Below, piece by piece: positions 61,117 through 64,000 of a stretch of DNA of 64,000 bases (position 1 is its first letter; each line of letters begins with the position of its first letter). The DNA is taken from the NCBI GenBank assembly GCA_003151515.1, contig PLXS01000037.1, positions 71,978 to 135,977 of the forward strand, given 5' to 3'. The notes under the pieces were generated by a model, which worked only from the letters and a program-made list of their open reading frames with translations, was not told the origin of the DNA and did no database searches. Both the position numbers and the translations under genes were made by a program. The DNA comes from Opitutaceae bacterium (GTDB lineage Bacteria > Verrucomicrobiota > Verrucomicrobiia > Opitutales > Opitutaceae).

Positions 61117-63951
61117 CTAGGCCCTGGCCCGGTTCCGGCGCAGGCGCGCCGCGCCGGCGGCCGCGAGGCTCAACGCCGTGAATAGAGCCCCGTACGCCGC
61201 GGGCTCCGGTGTGGGCGTGACCTGCAGGTCGTACGACTTCCACTCCGTGTTGAGGTTGGAGTAGCCCGAGAAATAGACCTGGTCCATGGGCGGGGCTCCG
61301 CTCGTGTTCTGCGTCGCGCCCGTGAAGGTCTGCGCGTAGAAGTAATCCGTGCCGTCGGTCCAGTTGTCCACCGTCAGCGTGAACCCGTTCAGGTTCAGGT
61401 TGGAGACGTCAAGGGTCGTCGAGCTCGGGCTCGCGAAGTCGATGATCGAGTTGCCCGACAGCGAGAAGGTTCCGAACGTCGAGTTCGTGCCGTTGAGGAA
61501 AAGGGTCCCTCCCGCGAGGGTCAGGTTGACCGAGGGCGTGTTGAAGCTGGTGCCGAGCGTGAGCGAGGCCCCCGAGTTGATCGTGAACGTGCCGCTTCCC
61601 GTGAGCGTGCCCGAGAATGTCCCGGAACCGCCCGAGAGCGTCAGGGCGCCCCCCGACCCGAAGGCGATCGTGCCCGATCCCGCAACGGAGCCGACCGTCT
61701 GGCTCGTCGTGCCGAGGGAGAGCGTCGCGGATGACGCGACGGTCAGCAGGGAGGCGTTGTTGAGCGAGTTGGAGGCGCCGAAGGCGAGCGTGCCCGCGCT
61801 CACGTTCGTCGGGCCGCTGTAGGTGTTGGCGCCCCCGAGGGTCAGGGAGCCCGTCCCGGCCTTGGTCAGCGCGTCCGACCCGGTTCCCGCTATCACGCCG
61901 TTGAAGACCACGTTGTTCGCCTGCGTGTCGATCGTTCCCCCTCCGCCCCCGTTGGAGATCGTGATGGTGCGCCCCGAGCCGATCGTGAAGCCCGACGTCG
62001 CCTGGAGCGTGCCGCCGCTCAGCGTGATCCCGTTGGACGCGCCGCCAAACGCTCCGTCGGCCCCGGCCTAGAGCGTCGCCCCGGAGCCGACATTGATCGC
62101 GCCCGTGAAGCTGTTGGCGGAATTGCCCAGGACGGCCGTCCCGGCGGCGACGCTGACCGGGCCCGTGCCGCTTATGGGACCCGTCGCGTTGACGGTGCCG
62201 TTGGCCGACGAGGCGCCGTACGTCAGCCCGTAACCCCCGAGCGCCTCCGTTCCCGTCAGGTTGAGTTGCGTGCCGCCGGCCGCGGCAATCGTCGAGGCCG
62301 ACCCGAGCGTCACCGGTCCCGCGAAGCTGTTTGTGCCGGAGATGTTCTCTAGCGCGCCGCTCCCGCCGACTCCCGCGCCATTGAGCGAGACCGCCTCGAG
62401 CGTCGAGTAGGTGATGCCGCCTTGGAGACCAAGCGTGCCTCCGCTGTTGACCGTAGTACCGGCCGCGGTCGTGCCCAGGGCCCCGTTCGCCGCGGCGACC
62501 AGGGTGGCGCCCGAGTCGACAGTCGTCGCCCTCGCGTAGGTGTTCGCCGTGGATGAACTCAAGACTGTCGTCCCGAAGGCAGCCGTTATGGTCCCCGTCG
62601 TGCCCGTCACCTGACCGCTCACGTCGACCGTTCCCGTGCCCGTGGACGTGCCGAAGGTGAGGCCGAAGGTCTTGATCGCCAGCGTCCCCCCGAGGTCCAG
62701 GGTCTGCCCCGAGGAAGCGCCGATTGTCGAGGCGGAGGCCAGGGTCACGCCCGCCACGGTGTTGGTCCCGGAGAGGCCCTCCAGGGCGCCCGCCGAGCCG
62801 GAGACCCCGGCCCCGTTGACCGTGATGGCCTGCGTGTTGGTCACGCCCCCTTGAAACCCGAGCGTCGCGCCGCTTGTGATCGTTATCGCGCCCGTGCCGA
62901 GCGCGCTGTTCGACTCCGCGATCGCCGTGCCGAACGCGACGGCCGTGGCCCCGGAATAGGTGCCGTTGCCCGAGACGACGATGGTTCCCGTTTCACCCGC
63001 GGTGCCAAATGTCGCCTTCGTGGTGCCCCCGATGCCCCCCGAAAGCGTCAGCTGCGTTCCCGAGGCGGCGCCGTACGACGTCGCGCCGCTCTGGGTGATG
63101 GCGCCCGACAGGGTGTTGGATCCCGACGAGTTCAGGATGGCGCCGGCGGCGCCGACCCCGGTTCCGGTCGCCGTGACCGCGTTGGCGACCGTGACGCCTC
63201 CGGTCAGGGAGAGGGTCCCCCCCGACGCCACGGTCATGGCGGAGGCTCCCAGGGCGTTTGACGAGGCCGCGGTTATCGTGCCTCCGGAGGCCACCTTGGT
63301 CGCCCCCGAGTACGTGTTGTTTCCCGACAGGGTCAGGTTGCTCGTGCCCGAATAGGTGATGCTGCCCGCCGCCGACCCGCCGTTGGCGACGGTGCCGGAC
63401 ATGTTGACCGCGCTCGCCCCCTTCACCGTCAGCGTGTAGCCCGTGGCGCCGGACCCCAGGTTCACGTTGCCGAAGAAGTCCATCGCGCCGCTGGTGGCGG
63501 TCCAGGTCTGGCTTCCGGAGAGCGTGAATGCGTTGTAGAAGGTTTGCGTGGCCGTCACGGTGTTGGCGTTGGTGATGCCGCCCGACAGGGCGAGCGTGTG
63601 CGCGTTCTCCGTCCCCACCGCATCAAAGGTGTATGCGTTGGTCGTTCCGCCGGCCGCCGAGAACGTAAGCGATGCGGCCGTGGCCGATGGAATGAGCGTC
63701 ACCGAGACATCCAGTCCCGTGGTCGCGTTGAACGTCACCGCGCTTGTGCTGATTGGCACGCCGGCGCTCCAGTTGCCCGCGGTGCCCCAGGATGAGCCGG
63801 CAGCCGTGGCCGTCCAGTTGTCGGCGGCGGCCCGGACCCGCGGCGAAAGGACGCAGACCACGAGCGCCAGCGCAAGAAAGCCGGTGGCTTGCGGGCCCAA
63901 GAGGAGTCCGCCAGGCCTTCTGCCAAGCGTGACTGGCTGCAACAGCGTCAT
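61117..63951 (-). pseudogene. PEP-CTERM-anchored autotransporter-associated beta-strand-repeat protein, interrupted by one in-frame TAG (62068-62070)
   Basis: ORFs 62068-63951 (signal peptide plus repeats) and 61117-61911 (repeats plus 'PTPEPAAYGALFTALSLAAAGAARLRRNR', the PEP-CTERM anchor) are in the same frame. The 156 nt between them are open and read 'AGADGAFGGASNGITLSGGTLQATSGFTIGSGRTITISNGGGGGTIDTQANNV'. Confidence 0.65.
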
Positions 63952-64000
63952 GCGACCGTCAATCGACGGGCGCTATTATCAGTTCAATTGCACCTGCCTA

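Noticed and set aside
62068-62070. In-frame TAG as pyrrolysine or programmed recoding.
   Set aside because: I saw no pyl genes or recoding signal, and the lineage is not known to use pyrrolysine. A nonsense mutation or sequencing error is the simpler explanation. Readthrough is mentioned only as a possibility.

Overview
GC-rich bacterial chromosomal window with a strong G/C third-position bias. It is very densely packed: about 68 protein genes, many with 1-25 nt overlaps, and almost no intergenic DNA. Most of the content is core housekeeping: rpiB, kdsC-lptC-lptA-lptB, hprK, rph, sucC/sucD, xseB-dxs, mutS, DAHP synthase, maf, nadE, hemL, xerC, mazG, trpC, rsmA, icd, two aminotransferases, secG, parB, fmt, der and ffh. 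A PEP-CTERM anchor on a protein built of autotransporter-associated beta-strand repeats, plus Tat-signal DUF362 and polyferredoxin genes, suggests a Verrucomicrobiota-like genome; this is inference only. I recognised no rRNA, tRNA, CRISPR array, transposase or prophage. The stretches that look non-routine are listed here. (1) A five-gene, translationally coupled operon at 55562-60964 encodes a Tat-exported DUF362 protein, a NapH-like membrane polyferredoxin, a Tat-exported Fe-S aldo/keto reductase and two unknown membrane proteins. This is the best candidate for an uncharacterised system. (2) A roughly 145-nt multi-helix RNA element with two GAAA hairpins lies directly in front of a perfect intrinsic terminator (16572-16752), and an integrase-N-terminus-like micro-ORF follows it. 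(3) A roughly 945-codon PEP-CTERM repeat-protein gene is split by a single in-frame TAG at 62068-62070. (4) A lower-GC islet after ffh carries a Phd/MazF-type toxin-antitoxin pair. (5) A same-strand string of small uncharacterised genes (25403-28162) includes a ParB/Srx-like plus DUF3052 pair. (6) An S55 (SpoIVB-type) peptidase homologue is coupled to a 780-aa secreted protein. (7) The ATP-grasp/alpha-E/transglutaminase triad sits at the left edge. All product names come from motif recognition by eye, because no homology search could be run. Start codons are often ambiguous, and several genes appear to use GTG or TTG.
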